Made by a program: the position numbers and the translations under genes | Part shown: positions 36,592 to 49,941 of the stretch, piece by piece | Layout of the letters: each line of letters begins with the position of its first letter | Position numbering within the stretch: the stretch's first letter is position 1 | Notes under the pieces: model-generated | Told to the model about the DNA's origin: nothing | Database searches by the model: none | The model's input: only the letters and a program-made list of their open reading frames with translations | Assembly: GCA_050273025.1 (NCBI GenBank) | Contig: CP158635.1 | Location: forward strand, 25,296,001-25,360,000 | Direction of reading: 5' to 3' | DNA: 64,000 nt | Source: Cenococcum geophilum | Lineage: Eukaryota

Positions 36592-38579
36592 ATGCCCACC
36601 CTTCTTCTTGCATATAGCTTAAGAAAGTCTTTTAATCTTTAACTATAATGCGTAGTTTAGACTTCTAGTGTTGGTACGAGGCTAAAGGCCAATTAATGTC
36701 TAGATTAACTTGGCGAAGCTATAGGTATCCTAAAATAAGATTATACCCCTTAATTTCTACGGCGTAGAAGCGTATCTCCTACGTGTTTTATAGACTATTA
36801 CAGTCCTAGCTGGCCACGGAAAAAGCCTATTCCCTATAGTATAGGATCTAGTGGCCTCCAATGCTTTAAACGGTGCGTACTTATAAGCCGCTAAGGTCCA
36901 AATCCAAATCTTTTACTAGTAATTAAGAAATAAACCCTATGGTCGCGCCGCTGTCTATAAGGTAGTCTTGCGTTACCTATTTATTATTAACTTAAATAGA
37001 GATAGGAATAACCATACGGTAGCTTACTCCCTCCTTCTCTTGCTGGCCCTAGTATAAGGGAGTAAAGATCTACTAGGCTCTCTCTTTTCCTAATTAAGCC
37101 AACTCTTAATTTTTTTGCTAGTAGAAGAACTTTACATAGCGTTTTTTTACGGCGGTTATAATAGAAGCGTAATTTATTTGCATTGGGTTTCTACCTATTA
37201 TTATTCTAGGGTTAACTAGCGTTGCTCTAGGGCTATAAAGCCTACTCGCGTTATCCTTCCGTAGAGTGGTTAGGTTAGAATCTGCCCCTATTATTAAAGC
37301 TAGGTCTAGTCCTACGCTCTTTATTATTAGCGTTTTATTCCTTTCGCTTGCCTAAATAGTCTCTTTTAGTATTCTTAATCCAAGTAGCTTTAGAGATAAG
37401 CTTTTCTTAAGAGGTAGAAATTTCGCCCTTCTTCTATATAGCCTGTTAAATCTCAGGTTATAACTTAGTAAGTAGCTAGTAAAGTCGCATAGCGTTATCC
37501 CACAGGTCTAACTAGGGTATATTATCTTCTAGTTCTTCTAAGTAATTTATAAACTGGTATATATTCTAGCTTTTTCGCTATTTAGCGTTTTAGTACCGCT
37601 GGTTGTAATCCATCCCTTAATTAGTAGGGTCTTAGACCTAATTAACTAACTAGGACTTAAATTCGCTAAATTTAAGGGGTGTGGTAAGTTTCTTCTTGTA
37701 GCGTGTCTATAAACTCTTAATAGTGCTATATAGGAAGGTAGAAGTAATTAGAGTCTAATTATACTTATTAGAGTAACTTTTTAGGTCTAGCCGAAATATG
37801 GTTTCGCATTAACGGATAAGACGATTATAGTTCTGGAGACTATCACCCTTATACTTATTAGGGTCCTTAGTACGGAATTTAGGTTTTTCTAATACTATAG
37901 CGTAGTATAGCGTTGCCCCTTTAAGTCCGCTTCGTGTCTAGGGTGTCTATACTTCTTCTAATTGTCCTTATAATTGTTCTTAATAGTCTTAAAATACTTA
38001 TCTTAATTATATCTCTAACCCTTTTATTTTTTATATAGGGTCTCGCGTAGCAACCGCTTTAATGACTTCATAGTGGTAATTGTTTTTAAGGGTCTCGTAA
38101 GGTTAGACGGATTAGCTGTGGCTTCTTTATAGGAAGAGGGAATGCGCTCCTCTAGGGAGACTCTATCAGCCTCTTGGGGTAAGGGCGCTATTTTGGGGGG
38201 TAAAGGAGTATAGCCCGTTATCGTTGATTAATAGCCGTACGTTCCTTCCGTAACGGATTGTAAGCGATTAGAATTATAAGAGGCTAGTCTAACTAGAATG
38301 TATAATTATCTAATTAATAGTATTATATATAAGTAGAAGGTAAGTTAAAGATAAGTTAAAGGTAGAATAAGCTTTACGTAATAAAGGACAAATGCTTTCT
38401 AAGCTCTTCTATTTAGAGACTAATCGCTAGTTCTTCTCTAGAGGAGAACTAGCTCCTTTTATAATCCTTTTAAAACACTAGTAAAACCCTTTGCCCCTTA
38501 TCTATTTAACCATATCTTCTCTAGAACATTAGTAGGACATTAGTGAAACCTTTATCTATCTTATCTAATATATACTTTT

Positions 38580-41500
38580 TAGGGGAGCCCATACGACAAT
38601 ATAGAGGATAAGCGCGACCCCAATTTATTAAATATTCCATTAGGCCTAAGGGACTTACTAAGGGTATTTTTAGGCAGGCAAGCTAGAGTCCTTACGCAGA
38701 GCTTAGAATATAATTATGCAATTAATCTAGAAGAGGGTAAAGTACCCCCAAACCTTCCTATCTATAACCTCTCCTATAAAGAGCTTAAAATCCTATAGGA
38801 ATACCTTAATAGTTTAATGGAAAAGGGATAGATCTGGCCTAGTAAGTCGCCGGCAGGCGCACTAATCCTCTTTATCCTAAAACTAGATGGAACTATAAGG
38901 CTATATATAGACTATCGCGGTCTTAATAAAGTAATAATTAAGAACCGTTACCCACTACTACTAGTTAGTAAAATGCTAGATTAACTATCTAGGGCGAAGA
39001 TCTTTATAAAGCTGGATCTATAAGACGCCTATTATAGGCTCCGTATTAAAGAAGGGGATAAGTAGAAGACTGCTTTTAAGACCTAATACGGCTACTTTAA
39101 GTATCTAGTAATACCTTTCGGGCTAGCTAATGCGCCTATAATATTCCAGTTATACATTTATAGAGCCCTAGGGGGACTAGTCGATCGTATATATATTGTC
39201 TATTTAGATAACATCCTAATCTACTTAGAAGATAAGGATTAGCATAAATAGCACGTCCGCGAAGTGCTGGAACGCTTAGATAAATAGGGCCTCTACGCCA
39301 AGGCGTTAAAATATATCTTTAATACTAAGCAGGTTAAATTCCTAGGTTATATTATAACGCCTACGGGTGTAGTTATAGACCTAGTACGGGTATAGACAAT
39401 CTAAGAGTGGCCGGAGCTAGAGAGCTACTGGGATATTTAAGTGTTCCTAGGCTTTACTAATTTCTATAGGCGCTTTATCTATAACTACTTAGACGTCGCC
39501 CGGTACCTATCTAAATATATTATAGAAGCTTCCTAAGACCTAGCCTAAGGAGTAAAAGGCTTAAAGGTAGAAAGGAAGAAAACTAAGAAGGGACCAACTA
39601 GATAGTATAGACTATGGTTATAGCCTGGAAAGGTATAGGAGGCCTTCTAGGAACTACGCGTAAAGTTTATAGAAGCTCTATTACTATGGCATTTTAACCC
39701 AGATTAACTACTAATAATAGTCACTAATATATCAAATTTCGCTCTTGCCGGTATCCTACTACAACCCAATAGGGATCCGGACGCTACTTAACTCCACTAG
39801 AGACCAGTAGTATTCTATAGTAGAAAATTCTAGGGGCCTAAAGTTAGGTATTATACCTATAATAAGGAACTACTAGCTATAGTCAACTGCTTTAAATAGT
39901 GGCGATATTACCTTGAGCACGCGAGCCATACTACTTATATACTCTTAGATTATTATAATCTACGCTACTTTATAACTATAAAGAAGCTTATACCTCAGTA
40001 AGCTAGATAGGTAGAGGAGCTCGCGCGATTTAATTTTAAGATTAAATATAAGCTAGGGGAAAGTAACCCCGCTAATAGACCGTTATAACGGCTAGACTAT
40101 ACCAAAGGCTTTAAAATAGGAGACGGAAAGTAGATAATAGACATCTTACTCCCTATATTATAGAATAAGCTCTAGGTATAGGATACTTAAGTATCTATAG
40201 CTCTACGCATTAAGTTATAGGCGATATAAACCCCATCGGCATCTAGTAACGTTCTAGCTAGTACCTAGTCTATTTCTAATAAGGGCCTAAATATACCTAG
40301 ACAGGACGTCCCTAATATAAGTTCGGAACCTAGTAATATATCACCCCTAATTACTAAGCTATCCCCTTAAGCTAATAGTAAAGCTATAGAGCAATTAGAA
40401 CTCGGAGCCCTATAACGACTAAAGGACTTTAACCTTATAGCGGCCTTCCTAATGTACGCGTATTAAAGAGTTATAAAATCTATAGTACTATCTAGTCTTA
40501 TACTTAGAGCAGTATAGGATAAAATAGCTTTTACCTAGGAACTATCTAAAAGGTTAATGGATCTTATCCGTGAGGTGTAACGGAGGGACGCCTCCTATGC
40601 TACCTTTAATGCGAAAGTAGGCTAGAAACGTAACGGAAAGGAAGCTATAAGGCGCTAAAATTGGGAACTAGACCTAATAGGCCTACTATGTAGAAATAGT
40701 AAAGTTTAGGTACTATATAAAGCAAATCTACGGCAGAAGATTCTTATAAAGAATTACGATAATCCTCTAGGCGGCCACTATAGTTAAGCTAAGACAGTGG
40801 AATTACTTTAACGCAAATACTATTAGCTAAAGCTTAAGTAGGAAGTAAAGGAGTATATCAGCTACTATAAGAAGTGTTAAGTATATAAAATCCAAAGGTA
40901 TAAGCTATGGGGTTTACTTAAATTAGTTCCCCCCGCTAACGAACTATGGCGATATTACGCTATGGATTTCATTATGGATCTCCTACTATCTAAGGATAAG
41001 CAAGGACGAATATACGATTTGGTCCTTATACTTATTAATAGGTTTTCAAAGTACGTCTAATACCTTCCCGTTAATAAGATAATTAACGCCTAAGAGCTTG
41101 CAAACCTAATTAAGGAGAAATACTTCCTTAAGGTAGATTAGCCACACTCCATTATTACTAATAGGGGCAGCGTCTTTATAAGCTAATACTAGTTAGATCT
41201 ATGCTTCTATTTAAAGATAGACTACTATTATAGTACGGCTTTCTACCCGTAGATGGATAGGTAAACGGAACGCCAGAACCAGGAACTAGAGTCTTACCTA
41301 TAAATGTATTTAAACTACTAGCAAGACAATTAGTATAAGCTACTCCCGTACGCGGAGTACGCTTATAACTTAAAGCAACATATATCGCATTAGTACGCAC
41401 CAATCCAGATTGCCTATAGCGTCTAACTATTGGGATTTAATGGTATACCTAATAATCACTAGCTAAAGCCGTAGGATTAATTATAGGACCCTACTGGGAA

Positions 41501-44500
41501 GTCTAAGGATATCTACCGGAGAGTGTAAGGGTACCTTAAGGTATAGGAGGAGTAATAGAAGCATGTAAAGCAGAGCCTATAAGATGCTTAGGAGCAGTAG
41601 AGACTCTAGTATAACTATAAATACTAGGATAAGCATTTTAAAGTAGGGGATATGGTTCTATTACGTTTAATAAACATTAAGACCTGTTAACTATTAAAGA
41701 AGCTCGATATAAGATACCTAGGTCCCTTCTAAGTTAAGGAACAAATTGGCTAGCTAGCCTACCGTCTCCAGCTACCCCTATCTATAGCCTATATATATCT
41801 AGTGTTTTATAGTATAGACTACCGCCGGAAAAGAACTTCCGACTAGGCCTAATTAAACACCCTAAGGTAGTAGGCGAGCGGTATAAGGTTAAAGCTATAC
41901 TACGCTATAAGTCTATTAAGAACGAGCTTCAGTATAAAGTTAAATAGCTAGGCTGGCCTACTAAAGATTCTATATAGGAACTAGAGGACTACCTTAAGTA
42001 TTACGAAGATATTCTAAAAGAATATTAGGACTAAGGTCTATAATCTATAAGGCGTAGAAAGCGTTCTAATACTACTATATCATCGCAACCCAAAAAGAAA
42101 ACTTATAGTAGGCCGCGAAAGGCTCTAGAGAGTAAGAAATAGGTAACTACCATTCTATACCAAAGGGGTTAGAAGTAGCTACCGTAAAGTGGTAAATAGG
42201 ATACAGAACGGATACACTTCAGAAACCATAAGGGTTAAAGCTATAGCCTAGGGCAAGAGACGTCCGCAGCCTTTTTACATACATAGTATAGGAATTAATA
42301 GGGTATTTTACTAAGACTTGTATTCCCTATAGGCTCCCAAGCCTTCTCTATAAGCCTTACAAGGCCTCTCCGAGCACCTTAATTAAGGCCCTCAAATGCT
42401 ACTATATATAAGAATAAATCCCAAATTCTATAAGTCCAAACTACAAATACCTAGAGCCACTACGCCTCGTCCTCAGGAATAGGATCAGTATCTATAGGGC
42501 TACTAAGTAATAGCTAATAGGAATAAGACCCCTTAGTAGGGGTATAAGTAGGCATAAAAACGGGCGCGGGATGATAAGGTGTAGCTAGAGCAGAGATTCT
42601 TAAACGCTTAACACCAACATTAGGTCTAAACCAGTACTAATAAAGCTCTTATAGTATAAGCTTATAGTTAATAAAGACACATTTAAGCCCGGAATAAATA
42701 GAGATGTTAGCTAGCTAGCACAGTCCAGAACCACCAAGACCTTGCTATAGTAACTGTTAGTTACCTATCCGCTAGGTACCTAAAGGGTAGCCTACCTAAT
42801 AACGCATTATATTATACTCTTTCGAAACTTAACGCGTATACGCAAACTCCTTCTTATAGTATACGGCGACCTTCTTCTCATCATCCCCATCCTTCACCCT
42901 ATCCTCAGTATACTAACCTTACTCTTATATTAAGCGTTACTAGCTAGCTTACTAGGAATTATAGGCGGTATAGATAGCTATAGCATAATCTTAAATTTAA
43001 CCTAGTTATTTAGTATTAGCACTAGAATAAGAGAGCGCCCGGGCGATATAGTAGTTAAGGATATTAAAGGCACGCCGCTACTTAGGCCCGGGCTATTAGA
43101 AAGCTTAAAGTTAGTAATATAAAACTATCTATAGGATAGGAAAACCTACCTCAACACAACTGCCGCTCTTAGTACGCATGCAACAATTATAAGGACTAAA
43201 GGTATTAGACCTTACGCAGTATATCTTATTACAAGCCTCTAGGATCCTCTTATTAGATTTCTAATCTTTTAAGGATATATAGGTAAAGTCATTTAAGTAG
43301 GACCAGTACCAGTTACAAGTTAATAGAGGTTAGGGTTCTATATACAACAGTAGGGCTAGGATACGCTAAGAAATCGGCTTAGAAGAGTAGTCGGTAGGGG
43401 AACAAAGAGGTATATTAAATTAATAACGAAAAAGAAGAAAATCTTAATAATATATTAAAGATACGTCTAAAATTGGACAAAGGTTAATAGGGGGAAGTAA
43501 GGTATTAAGGAAAAGGAGCAGCTCAATAAGCAAGGTGTCCTTATACTTCACCGTCCAATACCCTTCCGGTAAATAACCGCAACCTTACCGATATAACTCT
43601 ATTATAATAGCGTTATTTAGAAGGAAGAAAATACGAGTATATATTATCTAACCATCACTTCCTTATAAAAAAACTAATAATACCGCCGGAGAAGGCAACT
43701 AAGACATCAATTAAAGACGTATATAGGTTAAATTATACCTAATTAATACTATAGTATTAAAGGACAACGTCACGGACGTTCTTAACAATCGTATAAGAGC
43801 TACAGATGCTATTGCAAAGTGTCCCTCCTATTTACTAGGCAGAGAAGCTACGCCAATTATATAGTATAGGACTACTAGATTTAAAAGCATATACACTAAA
43901 TCTTAGGAGATAAGTCTCCTTAATTAACTAATTAATACCTTAACCGTACTAGATAGCCAAAGGGTAAAGGCGGAAGTAATGCATTAGTAACGCTAAGGAT
44001 TATAAGAAGAGATTACGGATTAATATCTTAGTAGTTAAAAGACGGCGGTAAGCTAAGGCCCTATACGCTAAATCTAATACCAAAAGGTTCTACAGAACTA
44101 TATAAGGAAGACTAAATTACCTATAATACTCGTAATTAATTACAGACTAGCGTAAAGGCTTAGATATAGAGTTGTATAAAAATCCTTAAGTCAGCCTAGG
44201 TAGTCACCGGCATGTTTCCGGTAGGCTCCTAATAGGTCTCCAGGCAATCCTCGCGTCTTTTCTCCAGTTATGTTTTTTCCTTATTAAGGTTTTTAGGAGT
44301 TTAAAGTAGGGGTTAGATAGATAGATAATATATAGCGGTATACCAATATCTCTCTAAACCCCTTCCGGGATGAGCCCTCTATAATCTCCCTACCGCAAGG
44401 TAACGGCGATCGGGGGCCGACCGCAAGAAGGGGGAGGGCAATGTAAGGGATATTATTGCGGTACCTCGGGTTGCCCTCAGGACAACCCCCGGACACCCCT

Positions 44501-44656
44501 TGGACGTCCGTCGGTTACGTGCCGGAGGCACGTGCCCCTAGTATATAGTCTCCACGATCCCAGAGGCCTTACCTCCTTAAGGATTCGTCTCCTCTACAAT
44601 CTATCTGTTCCTACAATCGTGTCCTTATAGCCCCCTGTCTACAAAGTCCCCTTATA
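38580..44656 (+). mobile_element. Gypsy 'B' pol (RT, RNase H, integrase, chromodomain), long 3' region and 3' LTR; gag/protease missing
   Basis: SKSPAGA, DYRGLNK, YLDNILIY, MDFIMDLL motifs; PPT at ~44425-44441; LTR 44442-44656. Confidence 0.9.
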
Positions 44657-46480
44657 GCGTCTCCCTCGACACCTAGCTTATAAAACGCTGCTACATCCTT
44701 ATTAGGAGGATTAAATTATTAAATAGATACACAAATATTAGTCCTGAGGCCTTGCAATAAAGGTTAATATACTTCCTATAATGGCAAGCTTATTCTTAGC
44801 AGAAGGCAGGGTAATAGGCAAATACTAGGGGGGGAAATTTATACAACGCCATAGGCTCTATACTATTATAAGTCGTTAATTAGATTACTAGAGGGCCTAG
44901 AATAATAATCCAGTCATTATCTATAATTAGTTTAAGTTCTTTTAAAGCGTACGAAACAAATATTTAATTAAGCACTTAAAATTTATAGCCAACTTTAACG
45001 AGAAAGGGGTTATGCTAGGCTAAGCAGCAACGGCTTAAATAATCGTCTCTAGTAAGGATAGTAGGGAGAGGTTAAAGAATCGGACCGTTCGACAACCAGG
45101 ATCTTAAGAGTTAGTCTCTATTATAGAGACAATTACCGCCAATAGCTCTTACCTACCTCCGTTCTTAATTTAGAAGGGGCAGCAACACTAGAAGACTTAG
45201 TATTAAATTACTAAGCACAATAAGCGCCTTCGCGGATATGCCTATGCAACCTCAACTAATGGCTAGACGGACGACTCGTTAGGCCTATATTATATCGAAC
45301 ACTATAATAAATACATAAGACAACTTATAGAGGACGCTAAGGGTAATATTTAAAGCTACCGTATACTTCTAATGGATAATTATTCGAGCCATCTTACCTA
45401 GCAGTTCATCTAGTATACGCTATCGCGCAAGATCGTCCTTATAGCTCTCCCGCCTCATTTAACGCATAAGCTTTAGCCACTAGATGTAGGCTATTTTAGA
45501 CCCCTTCAACACTACTACAGCAAAGAAGTAGATAACTTCTGTTGATATAGCTATACAGGGGTAAATAAAGAGTATTTTATAAAGCTCTACCCAACGGCAC
45601 ACGTAAAGGCGTTCACCTATAAGACAATTTGCAACGCCTGGAAAGCCACAGGTCTTCTACCATACAATCCTACAGCTATTTTAAAGACTCTACCACGTAT
45701 AGGGCCCTCCGCAAGCCTAGAAACAAATCAATCAATCGCAAATATAAATCCTTAAACGCCAAGGACACCCAAAACGGTAAAGGACCTTTAGTCTCTACGA
45801 AATCAGATTGCCGAATCAACTACCGAGCGACTAGACGGTATGCTTAAATCCCCCGTTCAACGACGTCTTAAAAAGCCATTTAAAGCTGCTATAGGCTTTG
45901 CAACTGATGCGCATATACAGAGAGAAGAGAACAAGAAGTTTCAAGCATTTAAAATAGATAAGAAAAGTAGTAGGAGACTCCTAAGTAAGGGCAGAGTCCT
46001 TACCCAGGAAGACGTCGATAGATTAAAGGCAGAGGACCTAGAAAAACAAGAGCTTGCCGCCCAAAAGTTAGCTCAAAAGGAGTATGAGGAAGGGGCCTCT
46101 CTACCAGAGCTCAACGTTGCTTTGTATACTAGATTAGTATTAAACCCTAGCGAACGTAATCAAGACTGGGCAACCTTTGCGCACGTCTTTTGGTGTAATC
46201 CTCAGCCTACAGAGGATTTTGGTGATAAGCTAATCTGGAAGGGAGCTTCAGAAGAGTGTGGTGGTAAGCCATCTACTTGGCCAACGCCAGGTGTAATACT
46301 ACGCCCACAACGTACCCGGAAACTTCCAAGCCGTTTTCTTCTATAATAACAAGCGCAGTCGCTTTGATTTAGGCTATTTGGATCTTAAATATAGGCGTTG
46401 TTGGTTTAATTATTAATATAAATGTATTTGGGTGCGAATGTCTCGTTTGGGGGGGTGTCTCGCTTGGGGGGGTTTTACGT
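44657..46480 (+). mobile_element. Remainder of the Fot1/Pot-like transposon (DDE transposase pseudogene and 3' TIR)
   Basis: ILLMDNYSSH, LPPHLTHKLxPLDVG motifs; TIR ...GGGGGGTTTTACGT + TA; ORF 45840-46346 is its C-terminal part. Confidence 0.9.
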
Positions 46481-47049
46481 TACTTTATAACTATAAAGGT
46501 ATTAAGTAGTTAATAAGTGTTACGAAGACGATGTATTATATACGAACGCTAGATAAACAAGCATCAGATTCGAAGAATTGATAGCTACATATAGCTGTTG
46601 TGGAGACTTAAGAGGATTGCTAGAGAGCTTGACAGGAATGCGGCTGCGGCTAAATCTATATAGGGGCATCAGGGTGTCAGAATTAAGCGAGAGGTGCTGA
46701 CTAAGCTCTGGACACATTGCGAGGACGAAGTCCGCATGCAATCTATATAGACATCAACCGCATCTACTGCATCACGAATCAATCAATGTTCATCGTCTGC
46801 GTCATCTCTATCATCAATTAGACCCTCAAGATAGCTCCGCTGTGACCCCATGACCTTGTAATTCCAACACAGGGCGGAGAAACTATCTACCGAGCGATAC
46901 TAAATAAGGAAAGAAAACTTACCTTAGCAAGCTCAGACCGTAGAATTAATTAGCGGACTTACGTATATCCGCAAGCGGATATCGCTAACCTTTTTTGTCA
47001 AAAAGTTGATTCTATAGTCTGAGAGACTTTTATAGACTTTATTAAGCGA

Positions 47050-49815
47050 CGCGACTTGTTTTATATATAGAGCAGTCACCTTCTTTAATGAAATTAATCT
47101 ACACCTCTATAGTAGCTATTATCTTAGAAATACTATTAAATTAATCTATAGAAGCAGCTCTATAATCAATAAATATCTCTACCCTATTAGCCCCCGCGAT
47201 ATTAAGCAGAAAGCGCCGCCGAATGGGCGATGTATTAATAATTAAATTGCCTACCCCTAATATAAATATAATATTAGTTAACCGGCGGACGCCTATCTAA
47301 ACACTAACTAGGGTATCCGCCGAGCGGATATTAAAGGAAGAAAAGGTTAAGGTTATTTTAGAGCATTTACGGGACTAGTAATAGTCCTTTAGTGACCTTT
47401 CTTTAGCGTAGCTATAGCTTAGTACTAATAAAAGATAAGGCGTAAAAAAAGATAATATATAGGGGGAGAAGAAGGTAAGAAAGAAGAAGGCAAAGGGGCT
47501 TATTACTACCCTTCTAGGGAACGAAGAAATCCGCAATATAATTATAGAAACTGCGGATATCCATTTGGAACTAATTAATGTGGTTATAAATATCCTTTGT
47601 AAGGAGCTTTATAATCTTTAGTAAAAGACGGTTATCTTTAGCCTATAGAAGGCAGATCTAGAGTTAAAAGATGTTTAACTCTTATAGGGCTATAAGGCAA
47701 TTAGCTAATATACCCCTCTACTCTACTAACTAATAGAAGGATTATTGGCATAATTAAGAACTAATTAATCGCGAAATCCGCACCTAGGGTGGGTTATTCT
47801 TCTTATATCTATCCTTTTATTAGGCCGTACTTAAACTTCGCTAACTATTTTCTTAGCTTTTTAGTCTTTATCTTTAAGGTATAGGTATAAAGCGTTAGGT
47901 TCTATTACTGCTTTATAAACTAGGGCTTATTAACGGATATATAACGCTTAATTACTAAAAGATAGGATTAGCCGAACGCTCTAAGGAAGGTTATAATACC
48001 AACGGCGGATATACTAGCGCTAACATTATTAAAGACTTATCTCTAATTAATATCCGCTCTTAATAATATCTGTGTTATATATAATAATTTTAACTACCTT
48101 AAGCGAACGCGATATTAATTAATTAGAGATACTAGTGTTTTCTATTCCTATACTACTAGAAAGCTTATCCGCGGATCTTATATTCCCCCTAGTGGCCTTC
48201 TTTAAGGTATACTATATAACTAAGTATAGCTCTAGATTAAGGATATTACTAAGGCGCCAGATAATATATATAATAGCGTTTAAAATCGGATATCTACCTT
48301 TATAATTATAGATACTCTCTAAAGTACGTATCCGGCCGCTATAAATAGTATTTTTAAATCCAACACCGAGCTTAAATATCCGCGTATGCCGGAGATTAAT
48401 ATTCTACTATCTATAAAGACAACCTATATAAACCTAGGCCCTATTATAGAGAGTAAGGCTTCTATAAATAGCAACTACTATATACTTAAGATAATCTTCC
48501 TAGAGTAACTATAGCTTAATCGCGATAATAATTTCTAGGACCAATTATATCTGGTATATAGTAATTAGAAAACCATAAAGCTTATCTATATCTATAAGCG
48601 GGAGTAGGCGGAGGCCGCGCTCCTATATAATAGCTACTATTAGGTACTCCCTATTCTAGGTCTTTAGCACCTCTAATTAAACTTCCTATATATAATTATA
48701 AGGACTTTCTTTAGTAGTAAGTAATATACGCAGTAGTACTCTACGCTCTACACTTATATAAATTACCTTAGGCGATAAAATATTCCTATAGAGCGTCCTC
48801 CTTTTACTATCTTAAGGAGCTAGTACTATATAGTTTTAATGCCCGTATTATTGCGCTCTTCTTAATATATATCTATAGTAGGCTTAATATTTATAAAGAA
48901 GGTACAGTTAAAAGATATATTAGATCCTTAACGCCTAAGCAGTTTCTACAGCATATTAAGGATATCCGCGTAGCAGGTTTTAGCTCTAAAGTTGGCCGAG
49001 AGGCTAATAAATTAATTCCTCCGCACTCTTCCGCCTGCGGAGGTTTTTAGATTATAAATTAATTACTTACAGTACCTAGCTCCACTACTATAAGCTAGCC
49101 TACTTGGATTGTTAACATAGAGTTCTTTAATTATATTTAGTATCTATAGGTGGTTAAAATATATAAAGTATTAAAATACGCTATTAAGCATGTAGATATT
49201 AGACTTTTAAAGCGTATAATTACCCACCTTTACCTTTACTTTGCTAGATTAAGGAGTAATAACTATATATCTAAAATAATATACTTCTAGAGGTTAATTA
49301 TAACGGAGGCGTATAATCTAGTACTTTAGCGGGCTATACTTACGAACGGGCTAATTAATAATCGCGGAGAGCTAAATAGCTTTTTTAAAGCTAATTAGCT
49401 TAATAAACTACTAAATCTTTAGCTAAAGGAGTTACTCCAATTGCGTGGAAACTTAACCTTTAGAGTAGACTCTCTATTTAGGTAGAGTATTCTTACCACA
49501 AGCTATACTAGACCTCTTTGTGCTGAGTTTAAGGATACGTTTAGTAAGTGGATAATATCTAACTATATAATTAAGTCTCCTACGGTTAATATCTAGTCCC
49601 TTACGGATATAATTACTAAGGATTTAATTATGCGTTAGCATATGCGGGATATTAGGTTTAAGGCACATACTATTCTTTAACTTAGATTAGAGCGGCTCTT
49701 ATAGGGCAGTATTACCAATTTTAATATGCGGATATCTTATATTAGCGGTTTACTATATAACCCTTATAAGAACGGATTTAATAAGGCTATAGATAATATA
49801 CCAGAGGACTTTTAA
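47050..49815 (+). pseudogene. DUF6589-type (Academ-like) transposase pseudogene; boundaries approximate
   Basis: Degenerate xVLPILGLxHL, LKYAIKHVDI, SNNY, ILTNGLINNRG motifs. Confidence 0.65.
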
Positions 49816-49941
49816 ATACTTAGGCTTATAGTACGTTTCTGTCTTAATATATTAATTGAGTTCTTTTTATTAATATTAACTCTAGCCGGCGTATAATCTT
49901 CTTAGTGTGTAGTATATAATATAGTAATAAGCTATTTTATA

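Larger units (their letters stand above)
26733..38230 (-). mobile_element. Gypsy 'A' 5' half (gag, protease, RT, start of RNase H) with two nested elements
   Basis: Protease YLIDSGAT ~36940-36965; RT ~29580-30300; VFLGTVNFY across the 27186-29566 insertion; ends KVFTDYNNLK at the Fot1 TA site. Confidence 0.85.

Noticed and set aside
46596..46869. Apparent separate solo LTR TGTTG...CCAACA
   Set aside because: No TSD (ATAGC vs CAGGG); the 3' part is better explained as the AcademH-like left end.
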